Assembly (NCBI GenBank): GCA_951406725.2
Contig: OX597817.1
Coordinates: 57,288,001-57,352,000 of the forward strand
Direction of reading: 5' to 3'
Length of the DNA: 64,000 nt
Origin: Octopus vulgaris
Taxonomy: Eukaryota
Within the stretch, counting starts at the first letter, position 1, and every line of letters begins with the position of its first letter. The translations under genes were made by a program, and so were the position numbers. Shown here in pieces: positions 1 through 13,029 of this stretch. The notes under the pieces were generated by a model that did no database searches, was not told the DNA's origin, and saw only the letters and a list, made by a program, of their open reading frames with translations.

Positions 1-49
1 ACATCATTCTTATGAGCTGCTGTTGCAATGAAATGAAATATCTGTATTT

Positions 50-527
50 CATTTGTTTCATGAAACAGACTGTGACCATGCTGGAGCACCAGCTTGAGGA
101 ATTCTTAGCCTAACGTATCAACCCCAGAACTTTAAGCCTGGTACTTATTCTGTTGGTTTTGCCAAACTATTTAGTAACGGGGATGTAAACACCAACACCA
201 GTTGCCAAGCAGTGGCAGGGGACAAGCACAGATACAAAGATATATATATATATATACTTTATTTAAAAGCAGCAGAAATATAACAAAAGCTGTTACTCAA
301 AGTTTCTCATTCCCGTTCATTGAACAATCTTGTTAAAATAGAACAGCATATATATATAAATTCATATGATAGTCTTCTTTCAATTTCCATTTACCAAATC
401 CTCTCACGAGGCTTCGATCGACCTGAGGCTATAATAGAAGACACTTGCCCAAGGTGTCACACAGTGGAACTGAACCCGGAACCATATGATTCGGAAGCAA
501 ACTTTTTACCACAGAGCCAGACCTGCG
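50..527 (-). mobile_element. SINE family A (tRNA-like head, central microsatellite, ~400-470 bp)
   Basis: Reverse complement of the repeat at 9159-9568. Further copies or partials at about 9571, 12858, 20805, 23040, 26655, 31550, 38400, 44865, 45285, 46295, 55650 and 60050. Confidence 0.85.
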
Positions 528-538
528 TTCAACTCTAA

Positions 539-779
539 TATTGGGTTGGTGCATAATTATTGCGGCTTTTTTTCAACAAATTTTATTCAACAAAAACAAT
601 AACGATATTTAACAAAAACATCTTTAAATGACAGTCTGACTGTCTGTCAAGCAAATGGGAAGCAGTAATTGAAGTAGATGGTGAATATGCTCCGGAATAA
701 TCGTTTAAAGATGTTTTTGTTACATGTTGTTATTGTTTTTGTTGAATAAAATCTGTTGAGAAAAGCCACAATAATTGCG
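539..779 (+). mobile_element. Mariner-derived MITE (right end truncated)
   Basis: Starts TA-TTGGGTTGGTGCATAATTATTGCGG, resembling the Hsmar1/MADE1 TIR. Long inverted arms flank a transposase C-terminal remnant (KWEAVIEVDGEYAPE*). Same family as 17209-17443. Confidence 0.8.
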
Positions 780-1799
780 TTTTTCACACGTCTTGAAAAG
801 ATTTTTCTCTCAGACAAAAACCACAGCATCATGCCTTTCAGAGGTGTATATACATTTAGTATGATACACAAATGTCATTTCAACTATATTCACTAAGTTT
901 TATTCTCACACAAACATACATATATTAGCATCAATAGAGTTTTTTTCTTTTTTCTGTTTTATATTGCGTATAGCTGCCTTTATTATTTTATAATTTTCAC
1001 ATTAGCATTTTGCTAAATCAACCATAAATTTTTATGGTAAAAATATATGCTGTCAGTTTAAGTTTAGCCAAACCATTCAGTAATGTAGTAGTCACTACTG
1101 ATGAGCTTGTAATTTTTCAGGCAAAACTAGTCTCACCTAGTGATCTAGCTTTGGTTATGGAGCAGTTATCTCCCCTGCCAGTATACGAAAATGTGCTTTC
1201 TAGCAGCTATAAAATATTTTAACTCTTATTCCTAGCAATATAGGTATATAGGTGCTACCCTGAACCCTCAGTCAGAATTAGTGACACATGAATTTTTCCT
1301 TTTTGGTTTTATATAGCATATAGCTGCCTTCATCATTATATATATATATATATACATATTATTTATATATATATTATATATATATCATTTATCATTATCA
1401 TTATTATATCAATGCATATATATATAGAGATATATAAATATATATATACATATGTGTGTACACACGCCCATATATGTATTCATACATATATATATATATA
1501 CCTTACCCTTGGGGAGTAAGCTTAAGTCTACACCACTGTTCTCCTATCTCCACACTTGTATTATCATTTCTATCTTCAAAGAATTTTTCTGCTCAAATCT
1601 AAAGGGACAGTGCCAGAATAGCACATGGTGCCGGTGGTGCCGTAGATAAATATTTATATACAATATGTTGATAACAAAAGATATTCAGAGGTGGGGGTTG
1701 GTGATTGGGGTGGGGGAGTCCCTCAATCAGGTACCAACAGTACAACTGTCGCAACCAGTAACATCATTCTCCATGTATAGCAACAACAACACATGCCTT

Positions 1800-2500
1800 C
1801 ACTATGGCACACTACCACCACCACCAATAATACCAACACCATCGTCATCACCACCACCACCATCACCACCACCACCACCACCACTACCATGACCATCACG
1901 TCCACTGTCATCGCCATAAAACCAACACCACTACCATCACCACCACTGCCATCACCACCACAGCCATTATCACCACCACCACCACCAATACCAACACCAT
2001 CGTCATCACCACGACCATCACCGCCACCACCACCACCACCACCACTATGAAGCCTACAACTGAAAACATACATTATCATCACAAATCAACTAGAAATAGC
2101 AGCTAAATCTAACTCAAATACGCCCCCCCCCCCCATTTAAAAAAAAACAAACATTTTATAGTATAGTTCTGGTTACACATACAATGCCTGACAAAAATAG
2201 GGATGGTCATGGCCAGAATGCCTTTTGATCATAGGTCAGCTTACCACATTATACCATAACCATTACAGCTGTATACTACAATAACTATACACCATAACAA
2301 CCATAGATACCACTACAACCATACACGACAAATACAACCATACTGCCAATACCATACTGTCATCATGGCCATACTCCACCATCACAACTATAGCTATTAT
2401 CACATAGATATACTACCACAACAACTTTAACTCTAAGTCACACACTACTACCATAGCTTCACACTACCATCTCTACCATACCTTATCACCAGACTTTGCC
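1800..2500. repeat. (CAC/CAT/ACC)n low-complexity tract
   Basis: Visible trinucleotide repeat; explains the poly-P/T/G ORFs. Confidence 0.9.
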
Positions 2501-2614
2501 ATACCACCACAACCATTCACTAGCACATACATGTATAATCGTATGTTGTGGTGATGAATCTATAATGATTTTCAACAGTGCGATTGTTGATGAGATCATC
2601 AGCAGCAGCAGCAG

Positions 2615-2935
2615 TGGAGGCGCAATGGCCCAATGGTTAGGGCAGCGGACTCGCAGTTGGAGGATCGCGGTTTTGATTTCCAGACTGGGCGTTGTGTGTA
2701 TTTATTGAGCGAAAACACCTAAAGCTCCACGAGGTTCCGGCAGGGCAGGTAGCGACCCCTGTTGTACTCTTTCTTCCTGTTTCTTGTCCCCGACTTCCTA
2801 CACATCCGCTGAGCCTGGATGCGCATTCATCCATCCGTCGATGCTCTCAGTGTCGGGGGGTTGACCTGCTTTCTCTTCTGCGGGTCTTATGAATAGCAAA
2901 GGACCACAGTTCGGGCCGCTCAGACCAAATCGCTC
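2615..2935 (+). mobile_element. SINE family D with tRNA-like Pol III head
   Basis: Head TGGCCCAATGGTTAGGGCAGCGGACTCGC with a degenerate B box. Related copies on - at about 10715-11043 and 36780-37060. Confidence 0.75.
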
Positions 2936-3939
2936 AACAGCAACAGCAGCAGCAGTAGTAGCAGCATTGTTTAATGTCCACTTTTCCATGCTTCTATGGC
3001 TTGGACAGAATTTGTTGGGGTGGATTTTTCTACAACCAGGTGCCCTTCCTATTGCCAACCATTACCTGTTTCCAAGTAAGATAATAATCTTTCTTCATGG
3101 ACCAAACATGTTTCCACAGAATATCAGACTCAAAGGACCCTGCTTGCATAACAGTGACACTCGTTTACGACTATCGCTGAAAGTCAAAACAAGGAGACAA
3201 TAACACACACACACACACACATGTGCATCACACACACATATATACAGAGAGAGAGAGAGAGAGAAGACCCACCCACTTCAGCAAAACTGAGTTCTGGAAG
3301 TGCTATGTATTAGGTGCTCTCCTCTCCCCACCCCCACACTTTACATTAATTTCTAACCCCATGAACCAAACCACAGCTCATCAGGCACTATACTTGTCTC
3401 TCTCTACCTCTGTCCCAGAACTGTGGAAGAGATAGTTGCCCAAGGTGGCACCCAGTAGAACTGAACCTAAAACTTAGTGATTGAGGAGCAAACTTCTTAG
3501 CACAGAGCCATACCTGCACCTATATCCACATTTACTTAAACCATTTTTCTTATATTGTTTCACCTGATATAGTTGTTTTTACCTGTCTTTGCCATTTTTG
3601 GAGGGGTTTTTGTGTCAGGTGTTGTTTCGTGTAGTTTTATGTTCTTTAGTCTTTAGTGCTATCCCCAAGCATAACCCCTAGTTGACCAAGTTATGTAGGT
3701 TCGTTCCATTAATTGGTATAGCTCTGGATCAAGTTTTAATTGCTTCTATTGTCTTATTTAATTTTGTCATTAACGGATTATAAGGGTCATATATCTAAAT
3801 GGATCGAGATCAAGGTTTTAGATTGTTATTAGTGTCAGTTCATTAGAAATTAAATGGTTGAGGGATTAATTGGTTTAGGTGTTAGCTAGCAATTACATGA
3901 TGGTGGATTTGTGACAAATGTATTTGTACACACACACAT

Positions 3940-3973
<34 letters not shown>

Positions 3974-4155
3974 TGTAAAACTGTGAAACTCCAATCAGGA
4001 AGAGAACATATATACCACAAAAGGGTGCCAGTAAGGAGAATGAGATGGGATCAATTTTTCACAACACAAGAACAGAGACAGGTTAGCAGTAATTATAATG
4101 ATAATGTGTTGAGTAACGGATACTAATTGTATAAAAAATGTATTAACGTGTGTGA

Positions 4156-4207
<52 letters not shown>

Positions 4208-4210
<3 letters not shown>

Positions 4211-4712
4211 GGTCCCGGGTTGAGTCGGGGTTAACCACAGTAAATAAGGTACTCAATACATAGCAGAGTAAATTAATTTATTTTATAGAAGGAGCTTCTA
4301 CAGGACTAGAACTGTTTCATTCAAATGAAATCTTCAGGAAGCTGGCTGTCAAAATAAGGTCTGGTATTTATACATTTAGGCAGATTTAATGGGGTGGTGG
4401 TGGGGGACGTTTTTTGGGTAAGCAGGGCACAAACTATCTTTCTTAGGGGAGTGGTCAAAAGAATCAGTGATAAAGTAAATAAATGAATAAATAGAATAAT
4501 TGAATAGAATTTTAGATAAATTAGAAGACAATTGCTTTTAGTCAGTTTGTTGTTGTTAAGTGGGGGGAAGAAGTAGATAAATATACATGAAAAAACATAT
4601 AAAATAAATATACATACAAACCCACATACATACACATGCGAATGTCCATATATATATATATACATATGCCCATGTATATACATACAGACACACACACACA
4701 TACATATAAATA

Positions 4713-4746
<34 letters not shown>

Positions 4747-4970
4747 TATACATACATATATATATATATATATATACACATATATACAAATACACATACA
4801 CATACATGCAAACACCCAAACACAAGCACATATATATATACACATATACATACCCACATATACACACACACATACATATATTTTTTCTCCTCATCTTCCT
4901 CCCTTATTTTATTTTTATTTTTATTTTCCCTTTTCTCTATTTGTCTCTCCCCCTACTCCAAACACACAGA

Positions 4971-5024
<54 letters not shown>

Positions 5025-5312
5025 AACACACACGTACACACAGAGACGCGCCCACACACACACCTCCACAGTACAATCATACAAAGTAGACAAAGTTCTT
5101 AGACCCCAAATGGCATCTGACCATCCTCAAAATCATAAAAGGTATAATTTATGACCTGCCTACCCACCGACACACATTCAGTGACACTAGAATAGACAAA
5201 CGCCAAAAGTTCCTAGAACTCCCCTGGGGTTCCAGCAGGCCAAAGGGAATCCTTCTACTACTCCCCTCTCCCTTCCCTTCTATCTCTTTACCCACGGATA
5301 CAAACGCACACA

Positions 5313-5363
<51 letters not shown>

Positions 5364-5447
5364 GCACACTCATACACATACCCACATGTTCTCTCACTCA
5401 TTTCCTCCTCATCCACTTATACATATGTATATATCTCTCTCTACATG

Positions 5448-5497
<50 letters not shown>

Positions 5498-5801
5498 AAA
5501 TACACATATGCATACATACATAAATGTACCCACGTTCACATAAACATATACATCATTATGCATATATAAACACACATATATAAACGTACTTCTGTACACA
5601 TAAACACACATAAATATCTGCACGCATATATAAACGCATATGCACATATAAAAACATATGTGCATAGAAATATACATACGCATATATACGCATCCATACG
5701 CATATAAATACATATATGCACACATGCATGCATACATGTATACATAAATGCATTCATTTGAATGAAACAGTTCTAGTCCTGTAGAAGCTCCTTCTATAAA
5801 G

Positions 5802-5805
<4 letters not shown>
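4208..5805 (-). mobile_element. Non-autonomous Penelope-like element with pLTR-type ends and microsatellite-filled interior
   Basis: Left end 4208-4343 carries a hammerhead. 5752-5805 is an inverted copy of about 4276-4329. Both ends are embedded in (TA)n. Confidence 0.6.
4293..4343 (-). ncRNA. Predicted type I hammerhead ribozyme
   Basis: Minus strand reads AGCUUC-CUGAAGA-UUUCAUUUGAAU-GAAA-CAG(UUCUAGUC)CUGU-A-GAAGCU. Stems I and III pair and the triplet is GUA; the first pair of stem II is a U-U mismatch. Confidence 0.75.
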
Positions 5806-5856
<51 letters not shown>

Positions 5857-5859
<3 letters not shown>

Positions 5860-6054
5860 GGTCCCGGGTTGAGTCGGGGTTAACCACAGTAAATAAGGTA
5901 CTCAATACATAGCAGAGTAAAATTAATTTATTATATAGAAGGAGCTTCTACAGGACTAGAACTGTTTCATTCAAGAGAAATCTTCAGGAGCTTCCTGAAG
6001 ATTTCTCTTGAATGAAACAGTTCTAGTCCTGTAGAAGCTCCTTCTATATAATAA

Positions 6055-6056
<2 letters not shown>
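5857..6056. mobile_element. Second copy of the same pLTR, ending in a ~130-bp palindrome (5926-6056)
   Basis: 5857-5990 is nearly identical to 4208-4340, then is immediately mirrored. Flanked by (TA)n. Confidence 0.75.
5987..6041 (+). ncRNA. Predicted type I hammerhead ribozyme
   Basis: GGAGCUUC-CUGAAGA-UUUCUCUUGAAU-GAAA-CAG(UUCUAGUC)CUGU-A-GAAGCUCC, with an 8-bp stem I. Confidence 0.75.
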
Positions 6057-6091
<35 letters not shown>

Positions 6092-6099
6092 AAGTTTAT

Positions 6100-6494
6100 G
6101 CTTTTCTACTCTAGACACAAGGCCCGAAATTTTTGGGGAAAGGGCCAGTCGATTAAATCAACCTCAGTACGCAACTGGTACTTAATTGGCCCCAAAAGGA
6201 TGAAAGGCAAAGTCAACCTTCGTGGAATTTGAACTCAGAATGTAACGGCAGACAAAATACCTATTTCTTTACTACCCACAAGGAGCTAAACACAGAGAGG
6301 ACAAACAAGGACAGACAAATGGATTAAGTTGATTTTATCGTCCCCAGTGCGTAACTGGTACTTATTTAATCAACCCCGAAAGGATGACAGGCAAAGTAGA
6401 CCTCGGCGGAATTTGAACTCAGAATGTAATGGCAGTTGAAATACTGCTAAGTATTTCATCTGGTGTGCTAATGTTTCTGCCAGCTCACCACCTT
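6100..6494 (-). mobile_element. SINE family B (tandem partial duplication)
   Basis: Shares the motif CCCGAAAGGATGAAAGGCAAAGTCGACCTCGGCGGAATTTGAACTCAGAA with copies at about 11801-12198, 15355-15585, 21195-21418, 35040-35240, 46800-46945, 61410-61830 and 63560-63765. Confidence 0.85.
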
Positions 6495-6667
6495 ATATAT
6501 ATATATAAGCATGGCCGCAGCCTTCAGGCTAAAACATTTTTAAGGATTTAAGGATATATATATATATATAAAGTTAATCCAAACAAGAAAACAAAAAGAC
6601 AACAACACGAGGATGTGGAACAATTAAAGTATTATTGGGCGCTCAGGAAAAAAAAAGGGAAGAAGGA

Positions 6668-6708
6668 GGGTATGACGTTTCGAGCGGAGCTCTTCGTCAG
6701 AAACATAG
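6668..6708 (-). ncRNA. Minimal hammerhead-like motif in a Penelope-like repeat (degenerate stem I)
   Basis: Minus strand reads CUGACGA-A-GAGC(UCC)GCUC-GAAA-CGUC. A fragment of the same repeat family lies at about 38590-38672. Confidence 0.5.
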
Positions 6709-7039
6709 GAGAAAGAAAGATCCTGAGGTGGGAGGACAGAGGGAAAAAAAATGCAAGTGGTCTTCACGAGGTCAACATACTGAAAAGGCGGAAGTAGTAA
6801 ACAAGAGGGTGCAGGTTTTCAAAGACAAGAGAGTGGAAAAAGAAGGAAGGTAAACAACGGTGTGCGAGATGACATGGGTGTGTGTGTATGTGTGTGCGTG
6901 TGTGTATGTGTGTATATGGTGGGTGAAGGCTAGGGCAAACAGCAGTAGCAACGGTGTGCGAGATGACAAGGGTGTGTATGTGAGTGTGTGCGTGTGTGTG
7001 TATGTGTGTATATGGTGGGCGAAGGCTAGCGAGTCACAG

Positions 7040-8712
7040 GTCGGAAACAAGAAGGAATGTGTGTGTGTGTGTATATGTCTCGTGTGTGTGTTTAGTTGTA
7101 GTATGTGTGTGTACGTGTGCATTTTTTTGTGTGTATGGCGAGTAACTGTGCTTAACTAAGTGTATGTGTGGGTGTGTGTGTGTGCTTATATGTGCGTATA
7201 TGTATAATTGTGTGCATGTATGTATGTGTGCGTGCGTATGTGTGCACATGTTTTGGTGTGCGTATGTATGTGCGTGTGTGTACAAAATGTAGGGGTATTA
7301 TATGTGTGTTTATATGTTTATGTGTGTGTATATATATGCATGCAAGGAAACACTTCGCAACTGAAGGAATGATGGAAAATACTCCTGCGGTGACAGGCGT
7401 AAGAGAAACCCCAGGCACAATGCGCCGGCCCAGACACGAACCCGAGATATAGCCAGAACCCACAGGCGTGTGTGCATGCATGTATGTATGTGTGCATGCG
7501 CGCGCATGCATGTGTGTGCGCGTGCATGCGAGTGTGTGTGTGGGTATGTGTATGTGTATGTGTGAGTGTGTATGTGTGTATGTCTGTGTGTATGTGTGTC
7601 TGTATGAGTGTATGTTAGTGTGTGTATATGTGTGTGTATGTGTGTGTGTATGTATGTATGTATGTGTGTGTGTGTGTATGTATGTATGTGTGTATGTGTG
7701 GAAGTGTGTGTGTATGTATGTATGTATGTGTGTGTGTGTATGTATGTATGTGTGCATGCGTGTGTGAATGTATGTATAAGTGCATGCGTGTATGTGTGTG
7801 TATGTATGCATGTATGCATGCATGTGCGTATGTATGTGTGTGTGTGCATGTGTGTAAGTATATGTGTATGTGCGTATATGTGTGTGTATGTGAGTGTGTG
7901 TATGTATGTGTGTGTGTGTATGCATGTGTGTAGGCGTGTGTGTATAAGTGTATGCGTGTATGTATGTATGAGTGAAGGTATGAATGTATGTAAGTATGTG
8001 TGTGTACGTATGTAATGTATGTATGTGTGTGTGTATGTGTGTGTGTGTGTGTAGGTGTGTAGGTGTGTATGTATGTATGTGGGAGTGTAGGTGTGTGTGT
8101 ATGTATGTGTGTGTATGTGGGTGTGTATGTATGGGTGTATGTCTGTGTGTATATATGTGTATGTGTGTGTGTGTATGTATGTGTGTGGGTATGTATGTGT
8201 GTGTGTATGTGTGTAAGTGTGTGTGCGTGTATGTATGTAGGTATGTAGGTGTGCGCGTGTGCATGCATGTGTGTGTATGTATGTATACACACACACACAC
8301 ACACACACGACGCACGCCCACACACACAACACACAAACAACACAACCCACGCATATGGGGCCGACCCCACCCCAGGCCCGTGTCAAAGCGCGTGCGCGCG
8401 GACCCCCAAACACCCACACCACAAGAACTGAGATCCATCAACCCCTCAACCCAAAAGAAGGGGGGTGCGCCTGGATGCAAATATATGTATGTGTGCGTGC
8501 ATTCGTGTAAACGTGTGCGTGTGTAGGTATGTATGTATGTGTGTGTGCATGTGTGTATGTGTGCATGTGTGTGTGTGTATGTATGTATGTAAAGTATGTA
8601 TGTACGTATGTGTGTGTGTGTATGTGTGTATGTATGCGCGTATGTATGTATGTGTGTGTGTGTATGTATGTATGTATGTATGTATGTATGTATGTATATA
8701 TATATATATACA
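7040..8712. repeat. Compound (TG)n/(TATG)n microsatellite array
   Basis: Directly visible; source of the HT/CV-rich pseudo-ORFs, including the 557-aa ORF. Confidence 0.95.
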
Positions 8713-9158
8713 AGTTTATTGACAGTATTTAGGTAATAATTTTTCATTGCTTTATAAACGCATATTCTTTTAACATAATTACATTTCCTCTTAAAGCTCT
8801 CTTTTACATTTTCCACGATTGACATTCAAGCTCCATTCATATTGCATGCCTTGCTTGTGTTTTTCCCATTGGCAAGCCATATGTTGTATTCTTATGCATA
8901 TACACTAAAGGAACACAGGGTGCAATGATAACACAGAGCTCTAGTTAGACATAAGAGAAATTAGATGCAGCGTGCAAGAGAGAAGACTGTTCTGATTCAG
9001 TCATGTCATGCGAGTGGATGCTGATGGCTCCATAAACCATTGCTGATCTTTCAAAGTGGATGGGACATGTGGAAGAGGGAGACCCAGGAAGACAGATGAC
9101 CCAAGAGACCCAGGAAGACCCAGGAATGCGAAATGACAAAGGATCAAAATATATATAG

Positions 9159-9313
9159 GCGCAGGTATGGCTGTGTGGTAAGAAGTTTGTTTCCCAACCA
9201 CATGGTTCCGAGTTCAGTCCCACTGCATGGCACTTTGGGCAAGAGTCTTCTACTATAGCCTCTGGCTGACCAAAGCCTTGTAAGTGGATTTGGTAGACGG
9301 AAACTGAAAGAAG

Positions 9314-9348
<35 letters not shown>

Positions 9349-9568
9349 TTGTGTGTCTGTGCTTGTTCCCCCCCCCCCCAACATCACTTGACATGCAATG
9401 CTGGTGTGTTTACATCCCCATAACTTAGCAGTTCGGCAAAAGGAGACTGATAGAATAAGTACTTGGCTTACAAAGAATAAGTCCTGGGGTCGAGTTGCTG
9501 GACTAAAAGGTGGTGCTCCAGCATGGCCGCAGTCAAATGACTGAAACAAGTAAAAGAGTAAAAGAATA
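9159..9568 (+). mobile_element. SINE family A, full-length copy
   Basis: A-box-like TGGCTGTGTGG and B-box-like GAGTTCAGTCCC, central (TG)n, and a 3' end GAAACAAGTAAAAGAG. Confidence 0.85.
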
Positions 9569-9733
9569 GTTGCAGGTATAGCTGTGTGGTAAGAAGTTTG
9601 TTTCCCAACCACATGGTTCCGGGTTCAGTCTCACTGCATGGCATCTTGGGCAAGTGTCTTCTTCTATACCCTGAAACCGACCAAAGCAACTGTGGGTGAA
9701 TTTAGTTGATGGAAATTGAAAGAAGCCTGTTTC

Positions 9734-9769
<36 letters not shown>

Positions 9770-9819
9770 AAGAGAACGAGAGAGAGAGAGAGAGATTTTG
9801 TGTGTATGTGCAAATACTT

Positions 9820-10115
9820 TTTAGTGGTAGTGGTGGTGGTAGCAGTTGTAGTGGCGGTGGTGGTGGTTTTAGTGGTAGTGGTTGTTATAGTGGTGGTGGT
9901 AGTGGGAGTGGTTTTAGTGATAGTAGTGGTGATAGTGGTGACGGTGGGGGGGTGTTAGTGATGGTGACGGTGGTTTTTGATGGTGGTGGTGTTAGTGGTG
10001 GTGATGGTGGTAACGGTGGTGATGGTGGTGATGGTGGTAACGGTGGTGATGGTGGTGTTGGTGTTGCTGCTGGTGCTATTGGTAATGGTGGTGGTGGTGG
10101 TGGTGGTGGCGGCGG
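9820..10115. repeat. (GGT/AGT)n low-complexity tract
   Basis: Visible trinucleotide repeat. Confidence 0.9.
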
Positions 10116-10286
10116 GGTCTGTATAAACTGCTACAGTATCACGGTCTAAATAAACAATTCCAGTCACACAGTTAAGGTGAAAAACAGGGAAATAACTGAC
10201 CTGAAACAAATAAGAGAGAGAATGGACAGTAAATATATAGCAACTTGTTGGCATTGTGTGCGTGTGTATGTATGTATATATACATA

Positions 10287-10331
<45 letters not shown>

Positions 10332-10353
10332 CATACATATATACATACAAATA

Positions 10354-10436
<83 letters not shown>

Positions 10437-11800
10437 AATGTGTGTATATATATATATACACACACTCTGATACATATGAACATACACACATACACAACCA
10501 TGCACATACACACACTCCCTCTCTCTCTCTCTCTCTATTGCATGGCTATTAAATGGAGAGCATATATGCTAAGATTCGGAGGAAAGGAAGTGAGAATGGT
10601 CTCTTGCAGGTGTAAAGAACAACAGGGAAGAAGTGAGCTGGGAAAAGAAAAAAGACAACATGAAAATGAGGGACCATTTATGCAAATTAATTGCAGAGGG
10701 TAAGAAGAAGACTGGAGTCGGTAACGGGGTGCGATTTTTGTTTGTTCCTTCTCGAGCCACGCCTGGCTCATAAGGGCCGATTTCCCACTTTCCTTGGCGT
10801 ATAGGTTCCCCACCTGGATGGGATGCTGGTCCGTCGCAGGTGAGCTGCAAGATGCAGGAGGAAAGAGTGAGAGAAAGTTGTGGCAAAAGAGTCAGCAGAA
10901 GTTCGCCATTACCTTCTGCCAGAGCTGCGTGTAGCTTAGGTGTTTCACTCATAAACACACACACATTGCCCGGTCTGAGATTCGAACCCACGATCCTTCG
11001 ACCGCAAGTCCGCTGCTCTAACCACTCGGCCATGTGCCTCCACAAATGGCATGCGATGCAAAGGAAGAATGATAATTTTGTGTAAAGTGCCATATTAGTG
11101 GTGACATATCATCATCATTATCATTAACAACAACATTTAGCTTCTGTGTTTTTGTACTGGTATGGATTGAATGATTTAATGGGAACTAGCATGGCCAGGA
11201 GCTGCACCAGGGTCCATAATCTATTTTGGTTTGGTTTCTATGGCTGGATGCCCTTCCAAACGCCAACCACTTTACAGAGTGTACTGGGTGCTTTTTTTTT
11301 TATGTGGCATCATCCCCAGTGCTTTCTACATGGCACCAGCACCCTTACGAATGCTTTCTATGTAGCACTTTGTTTTAGGATCTCGATTCTCCTGTGGTGA
11401 ATGGGTCTTCTTGAGTGCTGCAATGCACCACATATCTCGGACCCCATTTATCTCCTTTGTAAGATTCAGCACTTTGAGATCAGCCTTCGATTTTTCATCT
11501 CATATCTTCCTGGATCTCTCTCTTCCACGACTTCCCTCCAGTGATCAGCGCTTCTTTATGCAACTGTCCTCAACCATCCACATCACATCATCAAACCAGT
11601 GCAGTCTTCTCCATTGCACACTGCATAAAGAATTCCTCTTATGCTCAAGTTCTCTCAGAGCTTAGTTGCACATGTACACTGACATTGCACATCCAGCACA
11701 GCACACCAGCATTGTTCCTCTCTAGTCTTCCCATGTCCTCTGCATTCAGTATCGCAGTAGTGATGGTCATGGTGATGGTGTTGTTGCAATCTTGTTGCAA

Positions 11801-12198
11801 GCGAGCTGGCAGAAACATTAGCACGCCGGGCGAAATTCTTAGCAATATTTCGTCTGTACGTTCTGAGTTCAAATTCCACCGAGGTCAACTTTGGCTTTCG
11901 TCCTTTCAGGGTCGATTAAATAAGTACCAGTTACACACTGGGGTTGATATAATCGACTTAATGCGTTTGTCTGTCCTTGTTTGTCCTCTCTGTGTTTAGC
12001 CCCTTGTGGGTAGTATTTCGTCTGCCGCAATGTTTTGAGTTCAAATTCCGCCGAGGTTGACTTTGCCTTTCATCCTTTCAGGGTCGATTAAATAAGTATC
12101 AGTTATGCACTGGGGTCGATATAATTGACTTAATGTGTTTGTCTGTCCTTGTTTGTCCTCTCTGTGTTTAGCCCCTTGTGGGTAGTAAAGAAATAGGC
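11801..12198 (+). mobile_element. SINE family B, tandem 3' duplication
   Basis: Two consecutive ~180-bp units ending GTTTAGCCCCTTGTGGGTAGTA. Confidence 0.85.
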
Positions 12199-12514
12199 GT
12201 TGTTGCAATCTTAGTATAGGTGTTCATAACAGTGGTACTGAATGGTTGTAGTGGTTGCAGTGGTTTCGTGGTAGTGTTAATGCTGTTGTCTAGCCCCAGG
12301 TCAGCCTTGATCAAACAGACCAGTGACCAAAGACAATCCAGCTGTGACCACCCTGTCTTTTTCTTATGTGCAGGGAACCCCATACCACATTCTCCAACAT
12401 GTCCTTCTCTAAAACATTAAGAATTTGCTTCTTTGAAATGGTGAACCGGCAGAATTGTTTGTATGTTGGAAAAAAAAATACTTAGTGGCATTTCTCCTGG
12501 TTCTTTACATTCTG

Positions 12515-12614
12515 NNNNNNNNNNNNNNNNNNNNNNNNNNNNNNNNNNNNNNNNNNNNNNNNNNNNNNNNNNNNNNNNNNNNNNNNNNNNNNNNNNNNNN
12601 NNNNNNNNNNNNNN
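12515..12614. other. Assembly gap (100 N)
   Basis: Run of N. Confidence 1.
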
Positions 12615-13029
12615 ATTTTCGACAGTTGTGGACAAATTACCAGGGCCCTCTGTTAGTCAGGGATGACCATGTCTCTATGTGTGTGAAGCTGCAGGCCTGG
12701 ACAATATTCTTTTCTTTCTTTTTTTTCTGTGCATGTTTTCAGGCAGTCAGGGAGACTGGTACTTGTCTACAAGTCTCCTATCTCTAGATTAGTGGTTCTC
12801 ATCTGGGATCTGTATAACCGCTGGGGGTCCATAAAGCCCTTTACTTTTAAAATTTATCCGCAGGAGTGGCTGTGTAGTAAGAAGTTTTCTTACCAACCAC
12901 ATGGGTCTAGGTTCAGTCCCACTGCGTTGCACCATGGGCAAATGTCTTGTGTTATAGCCTTGGGCTGACAAAAGTCTTGTGAGTGGATTTGGTAGATGGA
13001 AACTGAAAGAAGCCCGTCATATATATATA

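Noticed and set aside
1121-1222. Possible upstream exon after TTTTTCAG containing PVYEN (a PYM1-like word)
   Set aside because: No convincing donor before the stop and no other PYM1 residues; likely coincidence.
1665-2082. Pro/Thr/Gly-rich ORFs
   Set aside because: Translations of a (CAC)n repeat, open in several frames on both strands.
2620-2700. tRNA-like sequences (also about 9165, 10970, 36990, 60815)
   Set aside because: They continue into repeated SINE bodies and lack a complete cloverleaf; these are SINE heads, not tRNA genes.
4321-5905. Overlapping 100-180 aa YI/CV-rich ORFs
   Set aside because: Dinucleotide microsatellite artefacts.
7152-8825. 557-aa His/Thr-rich ORF
   Set aside because: Arises from a (CA)/(CATA) array that lacks stop codons; no domain or splice evidence.
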